Shown here one piece after another: positions 1 through 10,223 of a stretch of DNA of 64,000 nucleotides. Position 1 is the first letter of the stretch. The number at the start of each line of letters is the position of its first letter. The translations under genes and the position numbers were made by a program. The DNA is taken from the NCBI GenBank assembly GCA_049903315.1, contig JBNGBT010000002.1:192001-256000 (forward strand), given 5' to 3'. Below the pieces are notes generated by a model. That model worked only from the letters and a program-made list of their open reading frames with translations, had not been told where the DNA came from and did not search any database. The DNA is from Candidatus Cloacimonadota bacterium (lineage in GTDB: Bacteria > Cloacimonadota > Cloacimonadia > JGIOTU-2).

Positions 1-1
1 T

Positions 2-703
2 TCTGTGAAAGGTCCCGGCAAGATCACTGCAGGACAGATCACTACTCCAAAGGATGTTGAGATCATAAATAAAGACCTGTATCTCCTTGAACTGGTCGAT
101 GATGTTGAATTTCATATGGAACTCTGGGCTAATAACGGTATCGGCTATGTCCGCGAAAATGAGCATGATACCACTGATACACAAATAGGGGTTATTCCTA
201 TTGATTCAATTTATTCTCCTATTCGCAAAGTGAATTTCACTATCGGAAGAGAAAGAGTTGACGAGAAGATAGATTATGATAAGATCAATCTCGAGATGTG
301 GACTGATGGAAGTATTGTGCCTGAAGAAGCACTCAGTCTTTCTGCAAAGATATTAAAAGATTGTTTCCAGGCAATTATTCAATTTAAAGAAGAACCAAAA
401 TATATCAAGAGAGAAAAGATCGATCCTGAACTGAAAAATCTTCAGAAACTTATGAAAATGAAGGTTACTGAACTAGAACTGAGTGTTCGATGCAGCAACT
501 GTCTTGCAGCTTCCAAGATCGAATTTGTAAAAGAACTGGTTGCAAAATCAGAGAACCAGCTTCTTCGCTTACGAAATTTCGGCAAGAAGTCTCTCGATGA
601 AGTCAAAACTGTGCTAGATCGCTATGGATTGAAACTTGGAATGGATATTGAAAAAATAGATGACCAACTTGACACTCTTAAAAAAATTGAGGAACAAAAA
701 TGA
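2..703 (+). CDS. rpoA: DNA-directed RNA polymerase subunit alpha (5'-truncated by window)
   Basis: IPIDSIYSPIRKV, WTDGSI.PEEAL, ELELSVRCSNCL, LRNFGKKSLDEV motifs; directly upstream of rplQ. Confidence 0.98.
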   Translation, partial: SVKGPGKITAGQITTPKDVEIINKDLYLLELVDDVEFHMELWANNGIGYVRENEHDTTDTQIGVIPIDSIYSPIRKVNFTIGRERVDEKIDYDKINLEMWTDGSIVPEEALSLSAKILKDCFQAIIQFKEEPKYIKREKIDPELKNLQKLMKMKVTELELSVRCSNCLAASKIEFVKELVAKSENQLLRLRNFGKKSLDEVKTVLDRYGLKLGMDIEKIDDQLDTLKKIEEQK

Positions 704-1461
704 GACATCACAGAAAAGGTACTTCATCATTTGGCAGACTATTAGGACCTAAAAAAGCACTTTTGAATAATCTCGTAAAATCACTTTTGCAAAATAGCAG
801 AATCGAAACGACCTATCGTCGAGCAAAAGAAACAGGCCGTCTCGCAGAAAAACTGATCACTTATGGAAAAAAGGATACGGTTCATTCGCGCAGACAAGCA
901 TATAAAGTTTTAAAAGACAGAGATCTGGTAAAGAAACTCTTTGATGAAATCGCACCTCTCTTTAAAAATAGAAATGGCGGCTATACTCGTGTCATTAAAA
1001 CAGGTTTTCGTATTGGTGACGCAGCTCCCACAGCTATTGTCGAATTTGTAGAAGAGGAGATTACTGATAAGAAGAAAAAGAAATCCAAAACAGATAAATC
1101 AAAAGGCGCAAAGAAACCTGTTGTAGAAAAGAAAAAAGCAGAAAAGCCAAAAACTGAGAAAAAAGAAGAAGTCAAAAAAGTTGTCGAAGAGATCGAAGCA
1201 GAACCTGAAATTGAAGAAACTCCCGTAACTATCGAACCTGAGGTTGAAGAAAAACAAGAAGATCTCGAAGAAGCAAAAGAAGAAGTGGAAGAAGCTTTGA
1301 ATGAGGAAGTTGCAGAAGAAGCTCCAGTTGAAATTGAAGAAGAAGTTGTAGAAAAAAAAGTTGAAGAAGAAGAGAAAGTCGAGTCTGAAACTGAAAAGGA
1401 AGCCGAACCGGTAAAAGAAGAAAAATCTGAAGAAGTAGTTGACAAAGAAAAATCTGAATAG
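700..1461 (+). CDS. rplQ: 50S ribosomal protein L17 with long Lys/Glu-rich C-terminal extension
   Basis: MRH..., RIETT..RAKE, RNGGYTRVIK.GFR.GD.A; ATGA overlap with rpoA. Confidence 0.97.
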   Translation: MRHHRKGTSSFGRLLGPKKALLNNLVKSLLQNSRIETTYRRAKETGRLAEKLITYGKKDTVHSRRQAYKVLKDRDLVKKLFDEIAPLFKNRNGGYTRVIKTGFRIGDAAPTAIVEFVEEEITDKKKKKSKTDKSKGAKKPVVEKKKAEKPKTEKKEEVKKVVEEIEAEPEIEETPVTIEPEVEEKQEDLEEAKEEVEEALNEEVAEEAPVEIEEEVVEKKVEEEEKVESETEKEAEPVKEEKSEEVVDKEKSE

Positions 1462-1520
1462 TTAATTTTACATAAAGTTTTCCCCCTAAAGCGGTAGCTA
1501 TATCGCTTTAAAGACCTCCT

Positions 1521-1560
1521 CAGCCCAGGTGGCCTCCCCTCTGCCTGGGCTGTTTGTTAT
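1521..1560 (+). terminator. GC-rich hairpin after the alpha operon, probable intrinsic terminator
   Basis: cagcccaggtgg/ctgcctgggctg stem followed by tttgttat. Confidence 0.65.
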
Positions 1561-1604
1561 TGACTGAAAATTAAGTTGAGTTAATAAATTAATAAGGAGT
1601 AACT

Positions 1605-1811
1605 ATGCAAGATAAATGGGTATGCCCAAAATGTAAAAACAATCAATATGAAACCGACCAGTTCCAGGCAACCGGCGGTACTTTTACAAAACTGTTCAAC
1701 GTCCAATCCAAAAAATTCACAACAGTCACCTGCACACGCTGCAAATATACTGAAATCTATAAAGCTCCCACCAGTTCTTTGATTAATATCTTCGATTTCT
1801 TTACTAATTAG
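1605..1811 (+). CDS. Small zinc-ribbon nucleic-acid-binding protein
   Basis: CPKC...CTRCKYTEIY; AAGGAG RBS. Confidence 0.85.
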   Translation: MQDKWVCPKCKNNQYETDQFQATGGTFTKLFNVQSKKFTTVTCTRCKYTEIYKAPTSSLINIFDFFTN

Positions 1812-1840
1812 AATTTCTACGATTCACAACCTTCATTATA

Positions 1841-1898
1841 GTTCAGGATAAACCTGAACCTACAAAAAAAATATGTGTAGCGACTGTTTATTCCGTCG
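1841..1898. repeat. Pair of divergent GTAG-type REP-like hairpins
   Basis: Minus strand GTAG-gttcagg-tttat-cctgaac (1841-1863); plus strand GTAG-cgactg-tttatt-ccgtcg (1877-1898). Confidence 0.55.
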
Positions 1899-2236
1899 AT
1901 TGATTTAAGAATGAAGATTAAAGATAGATGATTTAAGATTTGTATAACGCGTTCAAGTGGGAGAAGTTACCTCTATATTCTTTAATAGCAGGAAGATTAA
2001 AATTTATAAATGATTATATCTTTGCGTTCTCTGCGTCTTTGCGATCTTTGCGAGAAAATATTTAGTGTGAAGAGATAGGTTCATCCCATTGATTGATTTA
2101 AGAATGAAGATTAACGATTGAAGATTTGAGATTTGTATAACACAATAACCGGAGAAGTTAACTCAATACATTTTAATAGTTCACAACAGAAATATACAAT
2201 TTCTTATATCTCTGTGAACTCTGTGCGCTCTGTGGT
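1898..2236. repeat. Imperfect tandem duplication (period about 193 bp) built from a 7-mer array and a 9-mer array
   Basis: gattgatttaagaatgaagatta at 1898 and 2091; ggagaagtta..ttaatag in both units; 9-mer arrays at 2020-2053 and 2210-2236. Confidence 0.85.
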
Positions 2237-2248
2237 GTAACATTTAAA

Positions 2249-3142
2249 TTAGAATTTCTCCGTTTCCTGTAAAATTCCAAATTGTAATCCATAATCACTC
2301 GCAAAGATGTCCTTGATTCCAAGATATAAAAAAATGCTCTCGAGAAGTATCGTACCCGATAATAATACATCAGAGCGATGCGGATCAAAGGGAATGAGCA
2401 TTTCTATTTCTTCATAAGATAATTTTTTCCACAAATCCCTAAAATAATGTACATCATCCAAAGTAAGAACCTGTTTGTGCACTTTTTCCGAAATCCATGT
2501 TTTCAATCCCTGTTTTACTGCAACGAGATTCGTGACAGTGCCGCCTATGCCAACAACTTTATATGAAGATGGCACATGTTCCTTGATGTTTGAATGAGAT
2601 AAAACATCCTTACATAAAGAATACTTATCTTCATCAGATTCGAAAAGATTATTCAGTCTTCGGACTCCCATTTTTAAGCTGACTGAATAGGTTATTTCGC
2701 TGTCTTCAACGATAATAAATTCAGTGCTACCACCACCGATATCAAAGATGATAAGATTTTTATACTCTTCAAATTCACACTTGTTTGCAAGGTAGTCATA
2801 ATACAATTCCTGTTCCTCAGAAAGAACATGATAGGGAAGTCCGTACTGCTTTTTCAACCAATGAGAAATTACAGAAATATTTTTTGCCTCTCTCGATGCT
2901 GATGTGCCGGTAATAATTATCCTATCTGCTGAATACTTACGAGAAACCTGGATATATTTATCGAGAATTGTTTTTGCTCTTTCAATCCCTTCCTCAGTCA
3001 ATAGTCCGTTTTTCATGCCTTTGCCAAGTGAAGAGGTTTGTGCATCGCGATGAAGAACGTGCCATGAGTTGTTTGATCTTTCAGCAACAAGTAGTAAAAT
3101 TGAATTCGTGCCTACATCAATGACCGCGCAGATGGCTTTCAT
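2249..3142 (-). CDS. ppx: Ppx/GppA family exopolyphosphatase
   Basis: IDVGTNS, TSASREAKN, FDIGGGSTE, GIGGT motifs; start set at MKAICAV. Confidence 0.9.
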   Translation of the reverse strand: MKAICAVIDVGTNSILLLVAERSNNSWHVLHRDAQTSSLGKGMKNGLLTEEGIERAKTILDKYIQVSRKYSADRIIITGTSASREAKNISVISHWLKKQYGLPYHVLSEEQELYYDYLANKCEFEEYKNLIIFDIGGGSTEFIIVEDSEITYSVSLKMGVRRLNNLFESDEDKYSLCKDVLSHSNIKEHVPSSYKVVGIGGTVTNLVAVKQGLKTWISEKVHKQVLTLDDVHYFRDLWKKLSYEEIEMLIPFDPHRSDVLLSGTILLESIFLYLGIKDIFASDYGLQFGILQETEKF

Positions 3143-3149
3143 ACAAGCA

Positions 3150-4205
3150 TTATAAAATCGATCGAATTTCCTTGAGAAGCTCAGCAATGATGTGCTTTTC
3201 AGGGATTTTTCTGATGATCTTTCCTTTCTTGAAAAGAACTGCCTGCCCTTTTCCTCCGGCAATGCCGATATCTGCTTCTTCAGCTTCTCCTGGTCCATTC
3301 ACGATGCATCCCATGACAGCGATGGAAATATTTTTCTCGATCTGCAATTTCTGAACTTCATCCTCAACTTTTCGTGCAATACCGATGATATCAATCTCTG
3401 TTCTTCCACAGGTGGGGCATACAATGAGGTGTGGACCCTTCCTGAGGTCGAGTGCCCGAAGTATCTCCAAACCGACTTTTACTTCCTCGACAGGATCATC
3501 TGCAAGCGATACACGCAGCGTATCGCCGATTCCTTCTGCAAGGAGTGTTCCGATGCCAATCGAGGACCGGATGGTGCCTGAGAACGCTGTACCGGCTTCT
3601 GTGACACCTAAATGCAAAGGAAAGTCACATTTCTCGCTGATCTTCCTGTAGGATTCGATCGTAAGCGGAACGGATGATGCTTTCAACGAGAGTTTTATGT
3701 TGTAAAAATTCTGAGATTCAAAAAAGCGTACATGACGCATAGCACTTTCCACAAGCGCATCCGCAGTGACGCCGTATTTCTTTTTTATATCCTTTTCAAG
3801 CGATCCTGCATTCACCCCGATGCGAATTGGAATATGAGCAATCTTTGCAGCCTCGATAATATATTTTACTTTATCATTACTTCCGATATTTCCGGGATTT
3901 ATGCGTATGCCATGCACACCTTTTTCAATTGCATGAATTGCCAGCTCATGATTGAAATGAATATCTCCGATAACAGGAATAGGGGATCCATCCAAAATTT
4001 TTGGCAGTGCATCCACAGCTTTCATGTCCGGTATTGCGACACGTATTATATCACATCCGTGAGCTGCACATTGCCTGATCTGTTCGAGTGTTTTCTCAGC
4101 ATCCCGGGTGTCCGTATTGGTCATGGACTGTACGGAAATGGGAGCATCACCACCGATTTTTACGTTACCAACTGCGATCTGCCGGGTTTTCTTCCTTGGG
4201 ATCAT
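3150..4205 (-). CDS. ispG: (E)-4-hydroxy-3-methylbut-2-enyl-diphosphate synthase
   Basis: ISVQSMTNT, RINPGNIG, LHLGVTEAG, CPTCGR, VMGCIVNGPGEA. Confidence 0.98.
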   Translation of the reverse strand: MIPRKKTRQIAVGNVKIGGDAPISVQSMTNTDTRDAEKTLEQIRQCAAHGCDIIRVAIPDMKAVDALPKILDGSPIPVIGDIHFNHELAIHAIEKGVHGIRINPGNIGSNDKVKYIIEAAKIAHIPIRIGVNAGSLEKDIKKKYGVTADALVESAMRHVRFFESQNFYNIKLSLKASSVPLTIESYRKISEKCDFPLHLGVTEAGTAFSGTIRSSIGIGTLLAEGIGDTLRVSLADDPVEEVKVGLEILRALDLRKGPHLIVCPTCGRTEIDIIGIARKVEDEVQKLQIEKNISIAVMGCIVNGPGEAEEADIGIAGGKGQAVLFKKGKIIRKIPEKHIIAELLKEIRSIL

Positions 4206-4663
4206 AAATGCTTTTTCTCGAAGTCCAATAATTTTTGTTTCACATCGATACCACCGCCAAAACCTCCCAGCCCTTTATCCGTGCGTATCACACGATGGCA
4301 GGGAATCACAATAGGAATGGGATTCACATGATTAGCGTTACCGACTGCTCTGGATGATCTTGGGTGACCTATTCCTAGCGCGACATCGTGATAGGTTTGT
4401 GTTTTTCCATAGGGAATCTGCTGAAGATATTCCCAGACTTTAATCTGAAAAGGAGTACCCACAAGCACGAGGGGCAGATCAAAGGTTTTTCTCTTTCCAG
4501 AAAAATATTCTTCAAGCTGTTTCAGATACTTATTATCTTTTGAAAGCTCGAAGATCACATCCTTATCCTTGCAGTCGAACTGAATAGTGTGCAATCCTTC
4601 ATCAGAAAAGGTAAGTAGGATGTTCACGATATTGTTTTTTAGAATGCTTTGATATAATTTCAT
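4202..4663 (-). CDS. ogt: Methylated-DNA-[protein]-cysteine S-methyltransferase
   Basis: GTPFQ..VW, RAVG.A...NP.PIVIPCHRV active site. Confidence 0.93.
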   Translation of the reverse strand: MKLYQSILKNNIVNILLTFSDEGLHTIQFDCKDKDVIFELSKDNKYLKQLEEYFSGKRKTFDLPLVLVGTPFQIKVWEYLQQIPYGKTQTYHDVALGIGHPRSSRAVGNANHVNPIPIVIPCHRVIRTDKGLGGFGGGIDVKQKLLDFEKKHL

Positions 4664-4715
4664 AAATTTATGTAGACTGAACAAGCCAGCTTATTGTCAA
4701 TAATTTCTTATTTTA

Positions 4716-5951
4716 TTATTTACTATCCGAAATGACTACTTGTAGATGTCCGTGCTTTCGGAGTGCAGGGAGTACAAGCAGAAATCCTATCAGAGAAAGT
4801 GCCGTGATACAAGCACAAAACAGGAAGAATAGGCGGAAGTCACCAGTGCCGATGATCGCACCACCAATCATAGGACCAAGGAAAAAGCCACCGTCAACCA
4901 TTTCAGTGCCGAAATTCTGGTTCAATGCCTGAAGCCGCGGCGTGGAAATGCGGAAAAGAACCGCATGTAAAATCGGATGAGCCACTCCCCAGCATAATCC
5001 GCAGACCGGCGCGAGTGCATAGAACAGGATCGAGCCTTTGGTCAAAGCAAGACCTGCATAAGCGATCACCAATACTGCCAACGCCCAGCCGATAAGGCGT
5101 TCAGCTTTGAACTGATCCATGAACGGGCCGCCAACCAGGCGTACGAGTATCATCGTGACAATGGCAATAGTGAAAAACAGCCCGGGATTTGCTACACCGA
5201 TCGAAGCCCCAAATTGTGCGCAATACACAAAAGATGACGCAATACAAATGAAGAGGACCAATATTATGACCAGCACTATGATAAGTTTGGGGGTCGAGAG
5301 ATCCTTGAAAAACTCACGGTGAGAGATGTGCTTAAATTTTTTTTTCATTTCATTGCCCTCAGCATCCCGGGGACGTATCAAAAGAAGAAGCGGAAATATA
5401 ATGAGCATGAACAATCCCGTTGCTGCAATAACCTTATCAAATCCGCCAAGAAGCGTGGTAAGGGGTCCAAGCAAGGGCGGTATAACAGCCATGGGCAGGA
5501 GCATGCTTGCTGAGGTAATACTAAACGCAAGACTTGCTTTTTTAGGCGGGATGAACGCTACAATAAGTGACATCTTCGACGCTGCCATACAAACATATGC
5601 AGCACCATGCACAAACCGCAGTATGAGCAAAGGCCAGATCGTGCCGGCAACGAGGTAGAACAGAAGTGATGCTGTATCAACAACTGTACTAATAGCGATC
5701 CATCTTCGGGCATTTGAGGGGAAAAGAAAGGGACTGATCAGCGGTCTGAGTACCAAACCACTCAAGGAGAATATGCTGATAATAATGCCTATAATGCCCG
5801 GACTGAAACCCTTTGATGCGAGATAGGGGGCAAAGGTAAAAAATACTGCAAGATTCAAATACGCCATGAAGATCATGATGTTCAGCGCAATGAAATCTTT
5901 GCTCAGCAGTTTGTGCGTTCCTGTTGTCTCTGTCATGAAAGGATACTCCAT
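4716..5951 (-). CDS. MFS transporter
   Basis: About 12 hydrophobic segments, 411 aa, LRFVHG motif. Confidence 0.88.
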   Translation of the reverse strand: MEYPFMTETTGTHKLLSKDFIALNIMIFMAYLNLAVFFTFAPYLASKGFSPGIIGIIISIFSLSGLVLRPLISPFLFPSNARRWIAISTVVDTASLLFYLVAGTIWPLLILRFVHGAAYVCMAASKMSLIVAFIPPKKASLAFSITSASMLLPMAVIPPLLGPLTTLLGGFDKVIAATGLFMLIIFPLLLLIRPRDAEGNEMKKKFKHISHREFFKDLSTPKLIIVLVIILVLFICIASSFVYCAQFGASIGVANPGLFFTIAIVTMILVRLVGGPFMDQFKAERLIGWALAVLVIAYAGLALTKGSILFYALAPVCGLCWGVAHPILHAVLFRISTPRLQALNQNFGTEMVDGGFFLGPMIGGAIIGTGDFRLFFLFCACITALSLIGFLLVLPALRKHGHLQVVISDSK

Positions 5952-6008
5952 TTTATTTTTACTGAAAAAAATATGTTAAAAATAAATAATGGATTGCTTA
6001 ATAAATTA

Positions 6009-6560
6009 TCAATTTTTCACGGAATGTGATCTCTCCACAGCCATTATATATCCTTGATCTTCGTTTACTGAAGTGACAGTTTTAATGTGTTGGAAACCAC
6101 ATTTTTCATAACATCGTATTGAACGTTTGTTATCAGGTGATGGAGCGAGTACACATCGTTCAGCATCCTCGTTTGAGAATATCAGTTCATTAAGTGATTG
6201 TTTAACGATCCTTGTGCCAAGTCCATGATTGAAAAGGTCTGGTTGACCAATAAAAAGATCGAGTCCATAATCTCCGGTTTTACCTGAGATTAGATCGCAC
6301 CAATCTGGATAATCCATAACGCGATAATATTGCAGATAGCCGATTGGTTGATCATTCAGAAGGATTATCATGCAATGAGTTCCTCCCTCGGGTTTTTCAA
6401 ATAAGTATTTTTTACGAAGCGCTTCTTCTGACGAAGTATATCCATTTCCATACCACCGCATGACCTCTTCGGTTGACAGCCACTTCTGCATAAAGGGGAT
6501 GTGCGATTCGTTAAGTGTGATAAATGTTATTGCCTTATCCAGTGGATGTGTCCCATTCAT
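6009..6560 (-). CDS. GNAT N-acetyltransferase, AAC(6')/Acetyltransf_8-like
   Basis: PIGYLQYY, GLDLFIG, GLGT, P.PDNKRSIRCYEKCGF; start uncertain. Confidence 0.8.
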   Translation of the reverse strand: MNGTHPLDKAITFITLNESHIPFMQKWLSTEEVMRWYGNGYTSSEEALRKKYLFEKPEGGTHCMIILLNDQPIGYLQYYRVMDYPDWCDLISGKTGDYGLDLFIGQPDLFNHGLGTRIVKQSLNELIFSNEDAERCVLAPSPDNKRSIRCYEKCGFQHIKTVTSVNEDQGYIMAVERSHSVKN

Positions 6561-6591
6561 GAGAAGAGCTGTTGCCAACGATATATCTTTT

Positions 6592-6801
6592 TTACCAGGA
6601 CACAAGTCCGTAGAGCAATGCAGCAATACCTACCACAAAATACACGATTACATTAATCCAGAAGAGTGTTGGCTTCTCTTCTTTTGCTATGTTAAAGTCG
6701 CCCTTGATTCTTACCTTACCTTTGGTGATACCTTTGTACCCGAACCAGATAAGAGCAAAACCGATGATAGAAATCAGTAATTTAACAATACCATGGTTCA
6801 T
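6592..6801 (-). CDS. Small two-TM membrane protein
   Basis: Two hydrophobic helices; GGAG RBS. Confidence 0.65.
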   Translation of the reverse strand: MNHGIVKLLISIIGFALIWFGYKGITKGKVRIKGDFNIAKEEKPTLFWINVIVYFVVGIAALLYGLVSW

Positions 6802-6964
6802 TATAGTCTCCAGTGGTTATAAATTTTCTATACATGGACACAGAGAACTACCAGATCCCTGTCAATAAATTTAACAAACTGCATTCGTCGGTAAAATCCA
6901 AACAACTTGACAAGTATAACTTTGAAATCATTAGAAAATTGAAACTTAATTCTCAGGAGATTAT

Positions 6965-8176
6965 ATGAAAAAATATATCATATTCTTTTTATTACTGTCA
7001 CTTACTTTATTCGGATGCTGTAAACTCACAAATCCCGACCTCAAAAAGAAATCATGGACTTTCATGTGGTATCTGGATGGGGATGAGGTCAGTATGCAGC
7101 AGGATTTTATTGCAGCATTCCATAATATCATCGCTTCAGGTGTAGGAAGCACCGACGAGATAAATATCATTATTCAGTTCGACAGGTACCCGCACATGGA
7201 TGATTTTGGCGGTTGGGAAATTGCAGAACGCTTTTATTACACGGCAGGTATGGAACCAACTCCTGAGAATGCAATTGCTGACTGGGGAGATGGTCAGGGC
7301 GGCAGAGAAGTGGATATGGCTGACCAGGAAACATTGCAGTCCTTTATCACATGGGCTGCTGCCAATTATCCCGCAGAACATTATGCGCTGATGCCGGCAG
7401 ATCATGGTTTTGGCTGGCAGGGGCTTATTATGGATATGACCAGCGATGGAAACTTCATGACGATCAGAGGACTGGTAGAAGCTCTGAATAATTCGGGAAT
7501 CCATTTTGACCTTCTGGCGCTCGATGCGTGCTCTATGCAGATGATCGAAGTGATGTATGAACTCAGAGATACCCCAATTGATATTATGGTAGGTTCGGAA
7601 AATCTCGGCACGACCTGGGCATTTACCCAGATACTGCAGGCGATCACCGATGATCCTGAGATCAGTGCAGCAAACCTCGGAAAAGAGATATGCGATTTTT
7701 ATTATGATATCCATAGTACGGATACCACTATCACACTCTCAACGGTACAATTCAATAAAGTGCCTGCGGTAACAGAAGCGGTTACAGACCTTGCAGTGAC
7801 CATTCTGGACAGTGTGCCATTTACTTCTGTGCAGACAAAAGCACAAATTGTGGTCGATGCGATCGATGATGCAGTCATTTATAAAAAGAATGGTTTGCAT
7901 TACGCATCTGCAGGAGGGATTTCAATCTACTGGCCTGCTTCCTTCCAGGGATACACCCCTGAAATGTTTTACTACAGCTACTTAGACGAGATCATTGATT
8001 TTCCCACGGACTCTTCCTGGCGTGAATTTCTCTACGTTTTCTACAATGTAATGCATTATGAAGGAGTGATCGAGCCGCAGATCTACGCAGTCAAAAATAC
8101 TCTTTCGTACTTCGACAGTACGAGTGTGGACCTTTATGATTTCTGTAAGGGCATTGTGGATTATCAAGCACCGTGA
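6965..8176 (+). CDS. Clostripain-family (C11) cysteine peptidase, lipoprotein
   Basis: Lipobox LFGC; WTFMWYLDGD, DHG.GW, LALDAC.M..IEV.YEL. Confidence 0.85.
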   Translation: MKKYIIFFLLLSLTLFGCCKLTNPDLKKKSWTFMWYLDGDEVSMQQDFIAAFHNIIASGVGSTDEINIIIQFDRYPHMDDFGGWEIAERFYYTAGMEPTPENAIADWGDGQGGREVDMADQETLQSFITWAAANYPAEHYALMPADHGFGWQGLIMDMTSDGNFMTIRGLVEALNNSGIHFDLLALDACSMQMIEVMYELRDTPIDIMVGSENLGTTWAFTQILQAITDDPEISAANLGKEICDFYYDIHSTDTTITLSTVQFNKVPAVTEAVTDLAVTILDSVPFTSVQTKAQIVVDAIDDAVIYKKNGLHYASAGGISIYWPASFQGYTPEMFYYSYLDEIIDFPTDSSWREFLYVFYNVMHYEGVIEPQIYAVKNTLSYFDSTSVDLYDFCKGIVDYQAP

Positions 8177-8246
8177 GAAATTTTACTGAGTTGTCACGGA
8201 CCATTCCGTGGTCGGATTGAAATTTTAAAATTTTAGGAGAATAACG

Positions 8247-10223
8247 ATGAAGAAAATTGTGCTATGTTTTGTGGTATGTATAATATTTACATGTTCATTA
8301 TCAGCCCAACCATGGTTGCAGAAGGATGAAGTATTCAACTCCAGCGGTGTGCCAAGTGTATCATTTTCGCAACCACGATTTGCAGACCTCGATGCTGATG
8401 GCGATCAGGATATGATCCTCGGAAATATTGATGATGCGCCAATCTATATTGAAAATATCGGTTCACCAACTATTCCTGTATTCACACCAGGTTCTGAAAT
8501 TTTTACCGGAACATCATCACTTGATGCGGAAATGGGAGTATGTGCAGACCTCGATAATGATGGAGATCTGGATTTTATCTCAGGCGGTTATACAGGTTTG
8601 AATTTTTTCGAAAATACCGGCACAATATACGTGCCTGTTTTCGAAAAAGTGAATAATTTCTTTGCAGGTTTGAGTGTCGGGCAGAATCCTGTACCTGATC
8701 TTGCAGATGTGGATGATGACAATGATCTGGATATGGTAGTCGGTTTCAGTGAGGATGGGAGTGTGAAGATATATTTGAACACAGGCACTCCGGAAACAGC
8801 TCAATTTTCAGAGGTGAATACTATCTCTATTGGAGATGTGGGCTTATATGCATATCCGAATTTCTGCGATCTCGATGCGGATAATGATCAGGATATTGTG
8901 GTTGGCAGAGATACTCACGGATTTGTCTATTATCAGAACAATGGAACTCCTCAGAGTGGTTTGTGGGAAGTGAATGCAAGTGTTTTCACAGGTATAGGAA
9001 GCGATTCCTACTGGAATTCACCCGGATTAACTGATCTGAACGGAGATGGAACAATCGACCTTATTTACGGCACTGCACAAGGTCCTCTGCATTATTACCA
9101 AAACAACGGAACACCAGCAGTACCTTCGTGGCTGGAGAACACGACACTTTTCGGCGGCGTGATCGATGTGGGGGGCGCGAGCAATCCATTCTTCTATGAT
9201 TTTGATGGAGACGGTGACTTTGATATGGTAAGCGGAAGCCAGCTTGGTGATATAAAATATTTTCAGAATGTTGGAACCGCATCTGCTTCTGCATGGGAAG
9301 AGGACAATGCCTATTTCGCAAGCATCGACCATTCAATTTATTCCTCGATCACACTTGGAGATGTATATAACAACGGGCTTGCAGATGCAATTGTAGGCGA
9401 TGTGAGCGGACATTTCTACTTCCATCGGAATACAGGTTTTAATTATGTTTTTGAAAGCGATGTACTCTCTTTTGTCAATTTGGGAGGATGGTCAGCTCCT
9501 CGTCTTGTTGACATGGATGATGACAATGACCTGGATATAGTTGCAGGAAATGAAGGAGGAAATTTATTCTATTTTGAAAACCAGGGCACACCATCTGCAC
9601 CGGATTGGGTCCAGGTAACAGGTTATTTCGGCAGCATCGATGTCGGCACTGATTGTGCTCCGACAGTAGGCGATCTCAGTATGAATAGCAGGTTGGATAT
9701 TGTAACCGGTGATATAAGCGGAGAGGTTCAATTTTTTGAAAATATCGAAGGTAACTGGACAGAGAATCCTTATTTCGTATCGGGAATTTCCGGAGATCAA
9801 AATACAACTCCCGCGCTTGTTGACTTGGATGGAGACGGCGATCTTGACCTAGTACTTGGGAATTACGGAGGCACTTTTAATTATTATGAAAACCAACATA
9901 TAATTGTGAGTGCTGATCCTGAAGTACAACAGACTAACTCATACAAGCTCAATAATTTCCCGAATCCGTTCAGACATTCAACAACAATTTCTTTTTCTGG
10001 AACCACTAATTTACACGAATTTTCACAAATTGATATTTACAATATTAGAGGACAACTTGTTCGCAAGCTTCGCCCTTTCACCTCTTCGCCAAGTCGCATT
10101 GTCGAAGTAAAATGGGATGGAAAAGATAATATGGGAAAAGAAATGAAACCGGGAATTTATTTCTATAAATTGAATGTAAATGACAAAACGGAAGCGGTGG
10201 AGAAATGTTTATTAATAAAATGA
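8247..10223 (+). CDS. Secreted FG-GAP/VCBS-repeat protein with T9SS-A/FlgD-Ig-like C-terminal domain
   Basis: Signal peptide; many DLDxDGDxD repeats; NFPNPF...IYNIRGQLV...WDG...GIYFY. Confidence 0.9.
   Translation: MKKIVLCFVVCIIFTCSLSAQPWLQKDEVFNSSGVPSVSFSQPRFADLDADGDQDMILGNIDDAPIYIENIGSPTIPVFTPGSEIFTGTSSLDAEMGVCADLDNDGDLDFISGGYTGLNFFENTGTIYVPVFEKVNNFFAGLSVGQNPVPDLADVDDDNDLDMVVGFSEDGSVKIYLNTGTPETAQFSEVNTISIGDVGLYAYPNFCDLDADNDQDIVVGRDTHGFVYYQNNGTPQSGLWEVNASVFTGIGSDSYWNSPGLTDLNGDGTIDLIYGTAQGPLHYYQNNGTPAVPSWLENTTLFGGVIDVGGASNPFFYDFDGDGDFDMVSGSQLGDIKYFQNVGTASASAWEEDNAYFASIDHSIYSSITLGDVYNNGLADAIVGDVSGHFYFHRNTGFNYVFESDVLSFVNLGGWSAPRLVDMDDDNDLDIVAGNEGGNLFYFENQGTPSAPDWVQVTGYFGSIDVGTDCAPTVGDLSMNSRLDIVTGDISGEVQFFENIEGNWTENPYFVSGISGDQNTTPALVDLDGDGDLDLVLGNYGGTFNYYENQHIIVSADPEVQQTNSYKLNNFPNPFRHSTTISFSGTTNLHEFSQIDIYNIRGQLVRKLRPFTSSPSRIVEVKWDGKDNMGKEMKPGIYFYKLNVNDKTEAVEKCLLIK

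Noticed and set aside
981..1445. Ser/Phe-rich minus-strand ORF and similar antisense ORFs (for example 7136-7714, 57004-57861)
   Set aside because: Shadows of well-supported genes on the opposite strand.
6009..6560. Bona fide aminoglycoside resistance gene
   Set aside because: Only family-level GNAT similarity; substrate cannot be inferred from sequence.
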